The translations under genes were made by a program, and so were the position numbers. From IMG/VR virus record IMGVR_UViG_2744054627_000004: DNA of 19,912 nucleotides; one strand, written 5' to 3'. Below, one piece after another: positions 7,663 through 19,306 of the stretch. A model generated the notes under the pieces. It did no database searches and was not told where the DNA came from. It was given only the letters and a program-made list of their open reading frames with translations. This stretch comes from a virus. Lineage: Duplodnaviria; Heunggongvirae; Uroviricota; Caudoviricetes. How positions within the stretch are numbered: position 1 is the stretch's first letter; the number at the start of each line of letters is the position of its first letter.

Positions 7663-8692
7663 TCAGCCGTTGTCAGTGTCCAGTGAGTAGTTTTTAAAGC
7701 GGATGACCTCCTGACCGAGCCAGCCGTTTATCTCGCGGATCCTGTCCTGTAGCGGGATAAGCTCATTGCGGACAAAGACCTTTGCCACTTTCTCAATATC
7801 ACCCAACGACCCGACGTTCTCCGGCTTGCCGCCCATCAACTGAAAGGGGATGCGGTGCGCGTCCAGCAGGTCAGCGGCGCTGGCTTTTTGATATTAAAAA
7901 ATCGTCCTTCGTTGCCACTTCACTGAGCGGGATAATTTTAATGCCGTCGACTTTCCCTGCGGGGCATAGAGAAACAGATTTTTAAAGTTGTTGCGGCCTT
8001 TCGACTTCACCATGTTTTCGCGAAGCATTTCGATATCGTTGCGATTCTGCACGGCATCAGTGACGTACATGATGTATCCGGCATGTGCGCCGTTTTCGTA
8101 ATACTTGCGGCGAAACAGCGTGGCCGACTCATTCAGCCAGGCAGAATTAAGGGCGCTGAGATATTCCGGCAGGCCGTACAGCTCCTGATTAATATCCGGC
8201 TCCAGCAGGTGAAACACGGAGCCGGGCGTGAAGGCTGTCGGCTCGTTGAAGGACGGCACCCACCAGTAAACATCCTCTTCCACACCACGGCGGGTATATT
8301 TTGCCGGTGAGGTTTCCAGTCTGATGACCTTACCGGTGGTGCTGTATCGCTTTTCCAGAAACGCATTACCGAACACCAGAAAATCCAGCACAAAGCGGCT
8401 GAAATCCTGTTGCGAAAGCCACGGGTGCGGGATAAACGTTGAAGCCAGAATATTGCGTTTGACGTAAATCGGTGAGCTGTGATGCACGGCAGCACGCAGG
8501 CTTTTGCCAGACCGGTAAAGCTGACCGGTGGCTCATACCATCTGCCGTTACTGATGCACTCGACGTAATCCAGAATGTCACGGCGGTCGAGTACCGGCAC
8601 CGGCTCACCAAAGGTGAATGCTCCATTTTCGGGGCGCTGGCGGTCATTGTTTTTGCCGCAGGTTGCGGTGTTTTCCCTTTTTTCTTGCTCAT
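7663..8692 (-). CDS. Q: Portal protein Q, multiple apparent frameshifts
   Basis: Start [19 protein letters not shown] at 8692; listed fragments 8366..8692, 8133..8600 and 7894..8487 lie in different frames; C-terminus ...EVIRFKNYSLDTDNG ends at 7663. Span 1030 nt against about 1035 expected. Confidence 0.85.
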
Positions 8693-10458
8693 CAGTAAAA
8701 CTCCAGAATGGTGGATGTCAGCGGAGTGCTGATACCGGCGGTGAGTGGCTCATTTAACAGGGCGTGCATGGTCGCCCAGGCGAGGTCGGCGTGGCTGGCT
8801 TCCTCGCTGCGGCTGGCCTCATAGGTGGCGCTGCGTCCGCTGCTGGTCATGGTCTTGCGGATAGCCATAAACGAGCTGGTGATGTCGGTGGCGCTGACGT
8901 CATATTCCAGACAGCCACGACGGATAACGTCTTTTGCCTTGAGCACCATTGCGGTTTTCATTTCCGGCGTGTAGCGGATATCGCGCGCGGCGGGATAGAA
9001 CGAGCGCACGAGCTGGAACACGCCGACACCGAGGCCGGTGGCATCAATCCCGATGTATTCAACGTTGTATTTTTCGGTGAGTTTGCGGATGGATTCCGCC
9101 TGGGTGGCAAAGTCCATGCCTTTCCACTGGTGACGCTCAAGTATTCTGAATTTGCCACCGGCCACCACCGGCGGTGCCAGTACCACGCATCCGGCGCTGT
9201 CGCCACGGTGTGACGGGTCGTAACCAATCCATACCGGACGTGAGCCGAACGGATTGGCGGCAAACGGCGCATAGTCTTCCCATTCTTCCAGCGTGTCGAC
9301 CATGCAGCGTTGCAGCTCCTCGAACGGGAACACCGACGCCTTGTCGTCAACAAATTCACACATGAACAGGTTTTTAAAATCGTCGGCGCTGTTTTCACGT
9401 TTGAGCTGCTCAATGTCGAACAGTGTGCAGCCGCCTTTCAGGGCATCCTCAATGGTGACAATCTGCCGCCACTGGCCGTCCGCACAGAGAAGACCTCCGG
9501 CAAGGGCGTTATGACTGACGTCGATTTCCACACGTTCGGCTGCGCTGGCGCGTCCCCGGTTGAACAGTTCACCCGACCAGAACGGGTAGGCGTCGTGCGC
9601 CAGCGTGGACGGGGTGGAGAAATAGGTCGAACGCAGGTGACTCTGTGAGGCCATACCTGATGCCACCTTACGCAGTACCTGAAAATTCGGGATCCAGAAA
9701 ATCTCGTCGACGTACAGGTCGCCGTTATGGCTCTGCGCGGTGTTGGAGTTGGTGCCGAGAAAATCAGTTTTGCGCCGTTATTGCCCAGGACAATCGGGTC
9801 ACCGGTCAGGTCAACGTCAACCAGCCGGGCAAAGGCGATGATGTATTCGCGGAACACATACGCCTGCGTTTTACTGGCCGACAGAAAAATCTGGTTATGA
9901 CCGGTTTTCAGGGCGCGCAGCAGCGCCTCGCGGGAAAATAAAACGTCGCGCCAATCTGGCGGGATTTCAGGATATCGCGGATGCGGTGCTCAAGCCCGGC
10001 GCGATACCAGTGCAACTGATAGTCGAAAGACTGCTCAAAGAAAATCTGCTCCAGCTTTTCGATGGCCTCGTCACTGAAAAATTCTTTTCGGTTTGCGACG
10101 CCCGCCTTTGTTGCGGTTAGCGATGTTCGGATTAAGGTCTGCCTCGTTGCCGGTCTGGCTGTAGCGGTTTACCCGTGCCAGTCGTTCAATCTGGCGTCCG
10201 AGCAGGTCAATTTCCTTGAAGTCACCGCCGGTTTTCTGCGGTTTGATGATGAGCTGGATCAGCCGCGCTTCCAGACTCATTTCGACACGGCTGATGGGGG
10301 CAACACTGTCCCAGCCGTCGCGCTGTTTCCAGCTCTGCACCGTCGGGCGTTTCATCTGCAACATGGCGGCAATCTGCGGCACGGAAACCCTGCCAGTACA
10401 GCAGCGCCGCCTGACGACGCGGGTCGTGTAAAAGAGTGGTGTCTGTGGTGATGGTCAT
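8692..10458 (-). CDS. P: Terminase large subunit (ATPase) P, multiple apparent frameshifts
   Basis: Start [25 protein letters not shown] at 10458 with a GAGG RBS; fragments 10222..10488, 10071..10382, 9438..9857 and 8692..9666 in different frames. Example break: plus-strand A4 run 9760-9763. Confidence 0.85.
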
Positions 10459-10631
10459 GAATACCTCGCCGTGATGAATACACGGCAAGGCTACTGAGTC
10501 GCGCCCCGCGATTCGCTAAGGTGCTGTTGTGTCAGTGATAAGCCATCCGGGACTGATGGCGGAGGATGCGCATCGTCGGGAAACTGATGCCGACATGTGA
10601 CTCCTCTAATCACTATTCAGGACTCCTGACA

Positions 10632-11485
10632 ATGGCAAAAAAAGTCTCAAAATTCTTTCGTATCGGCGTTGAGGGTGACACCTGTGACGGGCGTGTCATC
10701 AGTGCGCAGGATATTCAGGAAATGGCCGAAACCTTTGACCCGCGAGTCTATGGTTGCCGCATTAACCTGGAACATCTGCGCGGCATCCTGCCTGACGGTA
10801 TTTTTAAGCGTTATGGCGATGTGGCCGAACTGAAGGCCGAAAAGATTGACGATGATTCGGCGCTGAAAGGCAAATGGGCGCTGTTTGCGAAAATCACCCC
10901 GACCGATGACCTTATCGCGATGAACAAGGCCGCGCAGAAGGTCTACACCTCAATGGAAATTCAGCCGAACTTTGCCAACACCGGCAAATGTTATCTGGTG
11001 GGGCTGGCCGTCACCGATGACCCGGCAAGCCTCGGCACGGAATACCTGGAATTCTGCCGCACGGCAAAACACAACCCCCTGAACCGCTTCAAATTAAGCC
11101 CTGAAAACCTGATTTCAGTGGCAACGCCTGTTGAGCTGGAATTTGAAGACCTGCCTGAAACCGTGTTCACCGCCCTGACCGAAAAGGTGAAATCCATTTT
11201 TGGCCGCAAACAGGCCAGCGATGATGCCCGTCTGAATGACGTGCATGAAGCGGTGACCGCTGTTGCTGAACATGTGCAGGAAAAACTGAGCGCCACTGAG
11301 CAGCGCATCGAAGAAATGGAAACCGCCTTTTCTGCACTTAAGCAGGAGATGACTGACAAGGCGGATGAAACCAGCCAGGCATTCAGCCGCCTGAAAACAG
11401 TCTCGACCACACCGAAAGTCTGACCCAGCAGCGCCGCAGCAAGGCCACCGGCGGTGGCGGTGACGCCCTGATGACGAACTGCTGA
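10632..11485 (+). CDS. O: Capsid scaffolding protein O, frameshift near the 3' end
   Basis: Listed ORF 10566..11423; likely start MAKKVSKFFRIGVEG at 10632. The A4 run 11394-11397 truncates the reading; the shifted frame continues ...LTQQRRSKATGGGGDALMTNC to a stop at 11483-11485. Confidence 0.85.
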
Positions 11486-11543
11486 CCGGCGTCAGCCAGT
11501 CCGGGAAAACCTTCACGATTAACCCTTAATTTCAGGAAAAACT

Positions 11544-12616
11544 ATGCGCCAGGAAACCCGCTTTAAATTTAATGCCTACCTGTCCCGTGTTGCCGAACTG
11601 AACGGCATCGACGCCGGTGATGTGTCGAAAAAATTCACCGTTGAACCGTCGGTCACCCAGACCCTGATGAACACCATGCAGGAGTCCTCTGACTTTCTGA
11701 CCCGCATCAACATTGTGCCGGTCAGCGAAATGAAAGGGGAAAAAATTGGTATTGGTGTCACCGGCTCCATCGCCAGCACCACCGACACCGCCGGTGGCAC
11801 CGAGCGTCAGCCGAAGGACTTCTCGAAGCTGGCGTCAAACAAGTACGAATGCGACCAGATTAACTTCGATTTTTATATCCGCTACAAAACGCTGGACCTG
11901 TGGGCGCGTTATCAGGATTTCCAGCTCCGTATCCGTAACGCCATTATCAAACGCCAGTCCCTTGATTTCATCATGGCCGGTTTTAACGGTGTGAAGCGTG
12001 CCGAAACCTCTGACCGCAACAGTAATCCGATGTTGCAGGATGTGGCGGTCGGCTGGCTGCAGAAATACCGCAATGAAGCCCGGCGCGCGTGATGAGCAAG
12101 GTCACTGACGAGGAAGGCCATACCACCTCTGAGGTTATCCGCGTGGGTAAGGGCGGTGATTATGCCAGCCTCGATGCACTGGTGATGGATGCGACCAACA
12201 ACCTGATTGAGCCGTGGTATCAGGAAGACCCTGACCTTGTGGTGATTGTGGGACGTCAGCTACTGGCGGACAAGTATTTCCCCATCGTTAACAAGGAGCA
12301 GGATAACAGCGAAATGCTGGCCGCTGACGTCATCATCAGCCAGAAACGCATCGGTAACCTGCCGGCGGTGCGCGTCCCGTACTTCCCGGCAGATGCGATG
12401 CTCATCACGAAGCTGGAAAACCTGTCCGTCTACTACATGGATGACAGCCATCGCCGCGTGATTGAGGAAAACCCGAAACTCGACCGCGTGGAGAACTACG
12501 AGTCAATGAACATTGATTACGTGGTGGAAGACTACGCCGCCGGTTGTCTGGTGGAAAAAATCAAGGTCGGTGATTTCTCCACACCGGCTAAGGCGACCGC
12601 AGAGCCGGGAGCGTAA
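11544..12616 (+). CDS. N: Major capsid protein N, one apparent frameshift
   Basis: ORFs 11544..12092 and 12089..12616 join to about 357 aa; break at the C3 run 12079-12081. Confidence 0.88.
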
Positions 12617-12619
12617 CCG

Positions 12620-13407
12620 ATGACGAGTCCCGCACAGCGCCACATGATGCGGGTCTCGGCAGCGATGACCGCGCAGCGGGAAGCCGCCCCGCTGCGACAT
12701 GCAACTGTCTATGAGCAGATGCTGGTTAAGCTCGCCGCAGACCAGCGCACACTGAAAGCGATTTATTCAAAAGAGCTTAAGGCCGCGAAAAGCGCGAACT
12801 GCTGCCGTTCTGGTTGCCGTGGGTGAACGGTGTGCTGGAGCAGGGCAAAGGTGCACAGGATGACATTCTGATGACGGTCATGCTGTGGCGTCTGGATACC
12901 GGCGATATTGCCGGTGCGCTGGAGATTGCCCGTTATGCCCTGAAGTACGGTCTGACCATGCCGGGTAAACACCGCCGTACCCGCCGTACATGTTCACCGA
13001 GGAGGTGGCGCTTGCGGCCATGCGCGCTCACGCTGCCGGTGAATCCGTGGATACCCGCCTGCTGACGGAGACCCTTGAACTGACCGCCACGGCAGACATG
13101 CCTGATGAAGTGCGCGCAAAGCTGCACAAATTACCGGTCTGTTTCTGCGTGACGCTGGTGATGCTGCAGGGGCACTGGCGCACCTGCAACGTGCGACACA
13201 GCTCGACTGTCAGGCAGGCGTCAAAAAGAGATTGAACGACTGGAGCGGGAGCTGAAACCGAAGCCGGAGCCGCAGCCCAAAGCAGCGACCCGCGCCCCGC
13301 GTAAGACCCGGAGCGTGACACCGGCAAAACGTGGACGCCCGAAAAAAGAAAAGCCAGTTAACAACCCCCGAATGCGCCCCGCGCCAGGGCGGCACGCCGG
13401 TCAGTGA
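12620..13407 (+). CDS. M: Terminase small (endonuclease) subunit M, multiple apparent frameshifts; 3' end uncertain
   Basis: Fragments 12620..12826, 12814..13065 and 12990..13235 plus a further frame ending at 13405-13407; N-terminus MTSPAQRHMMRVSAAMTAQREA. Confidence 0.75.
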
Positions 13408-13463
13408 GGGTGAATCACCTGACACTGCACCGGCGTCCACCGCCCGACTTTTCAGAGGTAGTC

Positions 13464-13970
13464 ATGATGACGCTGATTATTCCGCGAAAGGAGGCTCCCG
13501 TGTCCGGTGAGGGTACGGTGGTCATCCCGCAACCGGCAGGCGATGAGCCGGTGATTAAAACACGTTCTTTTTCCCGATATCGACCCGAAGCGCGTCCGGG
13601 AACGTATGCGCCTTGAGCAGACCGTCGCCCCCGCCCGTCTGCGTGAGGCCATCAAGTCAGGCATGGCGGAAACAAATGCGGAGCTGTACGAGTACCGCGA
13701 ACAGAAAATTGCCGCCGGTTTTACGCGTCTGGCGGACGTTCCGGCGGACGACATCGACGGTGAAAGTATCAAAGTTTTTACTACGAGCGCGCCGTGTGTG
13801 CGATGGCGACCGCGTCGCTTTATGAGCGTTATCGCGGCGTGGATGCCAGTGCGAAAGGCGACAAGAAGGCTGACAGCATTGACAGCACCATTGATGAACT
13901 GTGGCGGGATATGCGCTGGGCGGTGGCGCGTATCCAGGACAAGCCGCGCTGCATCGTGAGTCAAATCTGA
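13464..13970 (+). CDS. L: Head completion/stabilisation protein L, apparent frameshifts
   Basis: Start MMTLIIPRKEAPVSGEG at 13464 with a GAGG RBS; continues in ORF 13606..13959 (MRLEQTVAPARLREAIKSG...) and a third frame ending ...RCIVSQI at 13968-13970. Confidence 0.8.
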
Positions 13971-14173
13971 TGAAGACCTTTGCGCTACAGGGCGACACGC
14001 TCGACGCCATTTGTGTCCGGTATTACGGGCGCACTGAGGGCGTGGTTGAGACCGTGCTCGCCGCAAATCCGGGACTGGCTGAACTGGGTGCGGTGCTGCC
14101 ACACGGCACCGCCGTCGAACTGCCCGACGTTCAGACCGCGCCCGTGGCTGAAACTGTCAATCTGTGGGAGTAA
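13970..14173 (+). CDS. X: Tail protein X
   Basis: MKTFALQGDTLDAICVRYYGRTEGVVETVLAANPGLAEL... (67 aa); the ATG overlaps the L stop; stop at 14171-14173. Confidence 0.85.
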   Translation: MKTFALQGDTLDAICVRYYGRTEGVVETVLAANPGLAELGAVLPHGTAVELPDVQTAPVAETVNLWE

Positions 14174-14176
14174 CGC

Positions 14177-14457
14177 ATGACAGCAGAAGAAAAAGCGTCC
14201 TGTCGCTTTTCATGATTGGGGTGCTGATTGTTGTCGGCAAGGTGCTTGCCGGTGGTGAACCCATCACCCCGCGTCTGTTTATCGGGCGCATGTTGCTCGG
14301 TGGTTTTGTCTCGATGGTTGCCGGTGTTGTTCTGGTGCAGTTTCCTGACCTGTCACTGCCTGCGGTGTGCGGTATCGGCTCCATGCTGGGTATCGCCGGT
14401 TATCAGGTGATTGAGATTGCCATTCAGCGCCGTTTTAAGGGCAGGGGGAAACAGTAA
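14177..14457 (+). CDS. Y: Holin Y, apparent A-run frameshift near the 5' end
   Basis: ATG at 14177 (MTAEEK...); break in the A5 run 14190-14194; continues as listed ORF 14164..14457 (SVLSLFMIGVLIVVGKVLAGG...), a multi-TM protein. Confidence 0.85.
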
Positions 14458-14952
14458 TGCCGGTAATTAACACGCATCAGAATATCGCGGCCTTTCTCGA
14501 CATGCTGGCCGTGTCAGAAGGGACGGCGAATCATCCGCTGACGAAAAACCGGGGCTATGACGTGATAGTCACCGGACTGGACGGGAAGCCGGAAATTTTC
14601 ACTGACTACAGTGACCACCCGTTTGCGCATGGCCGACCGGCGAAGGTGTTTAATCGTCGCGGTGAAAAATCCACGGCCTCCGGTCGCTATCAGCAGCTTT
14701 ACCTGTTCTGGCCGCACTATCGCAAACAGCTTGCCCTGCCGGATTTCAGTCCGTTGTCACAGGACAGACTCGCCATTCAGTTGATCCGCGAACGCGGTGC
14801 ACTGGATGACATCCGGGCGGGACGCATTGAGCGCGCCATTTCACGCTGTCGCAATATCTGGCGTCCCTGCCGGGTGCCGGTTACGGTCAGCGTGAGCATT
14901 CACTGGAAAACTGGTCACCGTCTGGCGTACCGCTGGCGGCGTACCGGCTTAA
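14457..14952 (+). CDS. K: Endolysin K, two apparent frameshifts in the 3' part
   Basis: MPVINTHQNIAAFLDMLAVSEGTANHPL...; the listed 253-aa ORF is an artefactual read-through. Reconstructed C-terminus ...KLVTVWRTAGGVPA ends at 14950-14952. Confidence 0.85.
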
Positions 14953-14966
14953 ACGGAGTAAACACC

Positions 14967-15451
14967 ATGAAGAAATTATCCCTTTCACTGATGCTGAACG
15001 TGTCGCTGGCGCTGATGCTGGCACTGTCCCTGATTTACCCGCAGAGCGTGGCTGTCAATTTTGTCGCCGCCTGGGCGATTCTGGCGACGGTTATCTGTGT
15101 GGTTGCCGGTGGTGTCGGGGTGTATGCCACTGAGTATGTGCTGGAACGCTACGGGCGGGAACTGCCGCCGGAATCGCTGGCCGTGAAGATTGTCACGTCG
15201 CTGTTTTGCAGCCGGTGACGTGGTGCAGGCGGGCGGTGGGTCTGGTGGTGATGGTGGTGACGTTTATCTCGCTGGTCGCTGCCGGGTGGATTTTTACCGC
15301 GCTGATTTATCTTGTGGCGTCGCTGTTTTTCCGGCTGATACGTAAAGCCTGTCGTCAGCGTCTTGAGGGCGGGAACCATGTCAAAGCTGATGATTGTGCT
15401 GGTCGTGTTGTTATCGCTGGCGGTGACAGGTCTGTTTCTGGCGAAGCATGA
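14967..15451 (+). CDS. lysA: Lysis accessory membrane protein LysA, apparent T-run frameshift; 3' end uncertain
   Basis: ATG at 14967 with a GGAG RBS; MKKLSLSLMLNVSLALMLALSLIYPQ... (multi-TM); continues in ORF 15206..15451 after a break near 15195-15205. Confidence 0.75.
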
Positions 15452-15802
15452 AAACGCCAGCCTGCGCGCCTCGCTGGACAGGGCGAACAACGTCGCCAGC
15501 GGTCAGCAGACGACCATCACCATGCTGAAAATCAGCTTCATGTTGCCATCACCAGGGCAGACAAAAACGAGCTGGCGCAGGTGGCACTGCGTCAGGAGCT
15601 GGAGAACGCCGCGAAGCGTGAAGCACAGCGCGAGAAAACCATCACGAGGTTACTTAATGAAAACGAAGATTTTCGCCGCTGGTACGGTGCTGACCTGCCT
15701 GATGCTGTGCGCCGGTTGCACCAGCGCCCGGCCTGCGCCGACGCCAGTGATTGTCCACAACGCCTGCCCGAAAGTGAGCCTTTGCCCGATGCCGGGCAGT
15801 GA
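15378..15802 (+). CDS. lysB: Rz-like spanin LysB, one apparent A-run frameshift
   Basis: MSKLMIVLVVLLSLAVTGLFLAKHENASLRASLD... (N-terminal TM); break at the A4 run near 15525-15530; continues ...ALRQELENAAKREAQREKTITRLLNENEDFRRWYGADLPDA to a stop at 15800-15802. Confidence 0.8.
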
Positions 15803-15947
15803 CCCGGAGACGAACGGCGATTTAAGTGCCGATATCCGGCAGCTTGAGAACGCGCTGGCACGCTGTGCCAGCCAGGTAAAAATGATTAAACACTGTCAGG
15901 AAGAAAACGATGCTCAAACCCGACAGCCTGCGCAGGGCGCTGACTGA
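15657..15947 (+). CDS. lysC: Rz1-like outer-membrane lipoprotein LysC, embedded in and overlapping the 3' end of lysB
   Basis: MKTKIFAAGTVLTCLMLCAGCTSARPAP...: signal peptide with lipobox LCAGC, Pro-rich mature part. Confidence 0.75.
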   Translation: MKTKIFAAGTVLTCLMLCAGCTSARPAPTPVIVHNACPKVSLCPMPGSDPETNGDLSADIRQLENALARCASQVKMIKHCQEENDAQTRQPAQGAD

Positions 15948-16376
15948 TGCCGTCACGGTGCTGAAAACTAACCCCGATATGCTGCGGATATTCGTGGATA
16001 ACGGGAGTATTGCCTCCACACTGGCGGCGTCGTTGTCATTCGAAAAGCGTTACACGCTCAATGTCATTGTGACCGACTTTACCGGTGATTTTGACCTGCT
16101 CATCGTGCCGGTGCTGGCGTGGCTGCGGGAAATCAGCCCGACATCATGACCACCGACGAAGGCCAGAAAAAGGGCTTCACGTTTTATGCGGACATCAACA
16201 ATGACAGCAGCTTTGATATCAGTATCAGCCTGATGCTGACCGAACGCACGCTGGTCAGTGAGGTGGGCGGCGCGCTGCATGTGAAGAATATCCCGGAACC
16301 CCCGCCGCCGGAGCCGGTCACCCGCCCGATGGAGCTTTATATCAATGGCGAACTGGTGAGTAAGTGGGATGAATGA
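15910..16376 (+). CDS. R: Tail completion protein R, one apparent frameshift
   Basis: ORFs 15910..16149 and 16119..16376 join to about 155 aa; break at GGGAAATC near 16128. Confidence 0.85.
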
Positions 16377-16818
16377 GTTTAAGCGTTTTGAAGACCGGCT
16401 GACCGGGCTGATTGAATCGCTGTCACCGTCAGGGCGTCGGCGACTGAGCGCCGAACTGGCGAAACGTCTGCGTCAGAGTCAGCAGCGTCGGGTGATGGCA
16501 CAGAAAGCCCCGGACGGCACCCCCTACGCGCCACGTAAGCAGCAGAGCGCCAGAAAAAGACCGGTCGCGTTAAGCGAAAATGTTTGCGAAACTTATCACC
16601 AGTCGTTTTTGCATATCCGCGCCAGCCCTGAACAGGCAGCAATGGAGTTTTACGGCGGGAAGTCACCGAAAATCGCCAGTGTGCATCAGTTCGGTCTGTC
16701 GGAAGAAACCCGGAAAGACGGTAAGAAAATTGATTATCCGGCGCGTCCTCTGCTCGGCTTTACCGGTGAGGATGTGCAGATGATTGAAGAGATTATTCTG
16801 GCTCACCTCGACCGTTAG
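16369..16818 (+). CDS. S: Tail completion protein S
   Basis: 149-aa ORF overlapping the R stop (ATGAATGA). Confidence 0.85.
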   Translation: MNEFKRFEDRLTGLIESLSPSGRRRLSAELAKRLRQSQQRRVMAQKAPDGTPYAPRKQQSARKRPVALSENVCETYHQSFLHIRASPEQAAMEFYGGKSPKIASVHQFGLSEETRKDGKKIDYPARPLLGFTGEDVQMIEEIILAHLDR

Positions 16819-16884
16819 TTGTGCCATTCCTGACACCTCATCGTCACATTGCCGCCGGTATGACCCGGCGGCATCCTTCCCGTT

Positions 16885-17550
16885 ATGAACACTCTCGCAA
16901 ATATTCAGGAACTCGCGCGCGCACTGCGCAACATGATCCGCACCGGCATTATCGTCGAAACCGACCTTAACGCCGGTCGCTGCCGTGTGCAGACCGGCGG
17001 CATGTGCACTGACTGGCTGCAGTGGCTGACCCATCGCGCCGGGCGTTCGCGCACATGGTGGGCACCTTCCGTGGGGGAACAGGTGCTGATTCTGTCCGTG
17101 GGCGGTGAACTCGACACGGCGTTTGTTCTGCCGGGGATTTATTCCGGCGATAATCCCGCGCCGTCTGCGTCGGCGGATGCCCTGCATATCCGTTTCCCTG
17201 ACGGGGCGGTGATTGAGTATGAACCCGAAACCAGTGCACTTACGGTAAGCGGAATTAAAACGGCCAGCGTGACGGCTTCTGATTCTGTTACTGCCACGGT
17301 GCCGGTGGTCATGGTGAAAGCATCAACCCGCGTCACCCTGGACACACCGGAGGTGGTCTGCACCAACAGGCTGATTACCGGCACGCTGGAAGTGCAGAAG
17401 GGCGGGACGATGCGCGGCAACATTGAACACACCGGCGGTGAACTCTCATCAAACGGTAAGGTACTGCATACCCATAAACACCCCGGCGACAGTGGCGGCA
17501 CAACAGGGGACCTCTATGACAGCGCGTTATCTCGGAATGAATCGCAGTGA
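16885..17550 (+). CDS. V: Baseplate assembly / spike protein V; probable frameshift near the 3' end
   Basis: 221-aa ORF as read; an alternative frame stops at 17517-19, overlapping the W ATG. Confidence 0.85.
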   Translation: MNTLANIQELARALRNMIRTGIIVETDLNAGRCRVQTGGMCTDWLQWLTHRAGRSRTWWAPSVGEQVLILSVGGELDTAFVLPGIYSGDNPAPSASADALHIRFPDGAVIEYEPETSALTVSGIKTASVTASDSVTATVPVVMVKASTRVTLDTPEVVCTNRLITGTLEVQKGGTMRGNIEHTGGELSSNGKVLHTHKHPGDSGGTTGDLYDSALSRNESQ

Positions 17551-17863
17551 TGGCCTGACTGTCACTGACCTTGAGCATATCAGCCAGAGTATCGGCGATA
17601 TCCTGCGCACACCGGTCGGCTCACGGGTGATGCGTCGTGATTACGGCTCGTTGCTGGCGTCAATGATTGACCAGCCGCAGACCCCGGCGCTTGAGTTGCA
17701 GATTAAAGTCGCCTGTTACATGGCAGTGCTGAAATGGGAACCCCGCGTCACCCTGTCATCCGTCACCACGGCGCGCAGTTTTGACGGGCGAATGACGGTC
17801 ACGTTAACCGGCCAGCACAACGACACCGGCCAGCCACTTTCGTTAACCATCCCTGTGAGGTGA
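17516..17863 (+). CDS. W: Baseplate wedge protein W (GPW/gp25-like)
   Basis: MTARYLGMNRSDGLTVTDLEHISQSIGDILRTPVGSRVMRRDYGS... (115 aa); the listed ORF 17423..17863 starts upstream in the same frame. Confidence 0.85.
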   Translation: MTARYLGMNRSDGLTVTDLEHISQSIGDILRTPVGSRVMRRDYGSLLASMIDQPQTPALELQIKVACYMAVLKWEPRVTLSSVTTARSFDGRMTVTLTGQHNDTGQPLSLTIPVR

Positions 17864-17867
17864 AATC

Positions 17868-18775
17868 ATGCCGATTATCGACCTGAACCAGCTACCCGCA
17901 CCGGATGTGGTCGAGGAGCTGGACTTTGAAACCATTCTCGCCGAACGCAAGGCGACACTGATTTCCCTTTACCCGGAAGACCAGCAGGAGGCGGTCGCCC
18001 GTACCCTGACGCTGGAATCTGAGCCTCTCGTCAAACTGCTGGAGGAAAATGCTTATCGTGAGCTTATCTGGCGTCAGCGTGTGAATGAGGCCGCACGGGC
18101 GGTAATGCTGGCCTGTGCCGCCGGTAATGACCTTGATGTGATTGGTGCCAATTACAACACCACGCGCCTGACTATCACTCCGGCAGATGATTCGACCCTC
18201 CCGCCGACACCGGCAGTGATGGAGTCTGACACCGATTATCGTCTGCGTATTCAGCAGGCTTTTGAGGGCTTAAGCGTCGCCGGGTCAGTGGGAGCTTATC
18301 AGTATCATGGTCGCAGTGCCGACGGGCGTGTCGCCGATATTTCTGTCACCAGTCCGTCTCCTGCCTGCGTCACCATCTCTGTGCTGTCACGTGAAAATAA
18401 CGGTGTCGCATCCGAAGACCTGCTGGCCGTGGTGCGTAACGCCCTGAATGGCGAGGACGTCAGACCGGTGGCCGACCGCGTGACCGTGCAGTCTGCCGCC
18501 ATTGTTGAATACCAGATAAACGCCACGCTTTACCTTTACCCTGGTCCCGAAAGCGAACCCATCCGCGCGGCCGCCGTGAAAAACTGGAAGCATACATCAC
18601 GGCACAGCACCGGCTGGGGCGCGACATCCGTCTGTCTGCCATTTATGCCGCTTTGCATGTGGAAGGTGTGCAGCGTGTCGAACTGGCTGCACCGCTGGCC
18701 GACATCGTGCTCAACAATACGCAGGCGTCTTTCTGTACCGAATACCGCGTCGTGACCGGAGGCTCGGATGAGTGA
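17868..18775 (+). CDS. J: Baseplate protein J, one apparent A-run frameshift
   Basis: Listed ORF 17868..18755; break at the A5 run near 18580 (GTGAAAAACTGG); the shifted frame continues ...ITAQHRLGRDIRLSAIYAALHVEGVQRVELAAPLADIVLNNTQASFCTEYRVVTGGSDE to a stop at 18773-18775. Confidence 0.85.
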
Positions 18776-19300
18776 TTCGCGACTGCTGCCGACCGGCTCA
18801 TCACCGCTTGAAGTTGCCGCCGCAAAAGCCTGTACGGAAATTGAAAAACACCGGTCAGTATTCGTGAGCTGTGGAACCCGGACACCTGCCCGGCAAATCT
18901 GCTGCCGTGGCTGGCGTGGGCGTTTTCGGTCGACAGGTGGGATGAAAAGTGGCCGGAAGCGACAAAACGCGCCGTTATCCGCGATGCCTATTTCATCCAC
19001 TGTCATAAAGGCACTATCGGCGCAATCCGGCGTGTGGTGGAGCCGCTAGGCTATCTCATCAACGTGACGGAGTGGTGGGAAAACAGTGACCCGCCCGGCA
19101 CTTTCCGGCTTGATATTGGTGTACTGGAAAGCGGTATCACAGAGGCAATGTATCAGGAAATGGAACGGCTGATTGCTGATGCCAAACCTGCAAGCCGCCA
19201 CCTTATTGGCCTGAACATTACCCGGGACATTCCCGGCTACCTGTTCGCCGGTGGTGTGGCTTATGACGGCGATGTAATTACGGTTTACCCGGATAAGTGA
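18768..19300 (+). CDS. I: Baseplate protein I, apparent frameshifts
   Basis: ORFs 18768..19049 and 19034..19300 in different frames; N-terminus MSDSRLLPTGSSPLEVAAAKACTEIEK; C-terminus ...ITRDIPGYLFAGGVAYDGDVITVYPDK. Confidence 0.8.
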
Positions 19301-19306
19301 GGAATA

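Noticed and set aside
13452-14102. 216-aa ORF on the minus strand
   Set aside because: Entirely antisense to the conserved L and X genes; Arg/Ala-rich composition typical of spurious reverse-frame ORFs in GC-rich coding DNA.
14457-15218. 253-aa ORF suggesting an unusually long endolysin
   Set aside because: It is a frameshift read-through from K across the lysA start; reconstructing two homopolymer sites gives a K of about 165 aa ending at 14952 and a separate lysA starting at 14967.
16663-17187. 174-aa ORF on the minus strand
   Set aside because: Antisense to the S/V genes; no RBS or recognisable features. The same reasoning applies to the other antisense ORFs listed within P2 core genes (427..711, 5191..5439, 8764..9213, 10991..11410, 11115..11516, 18536..19006 and similar).
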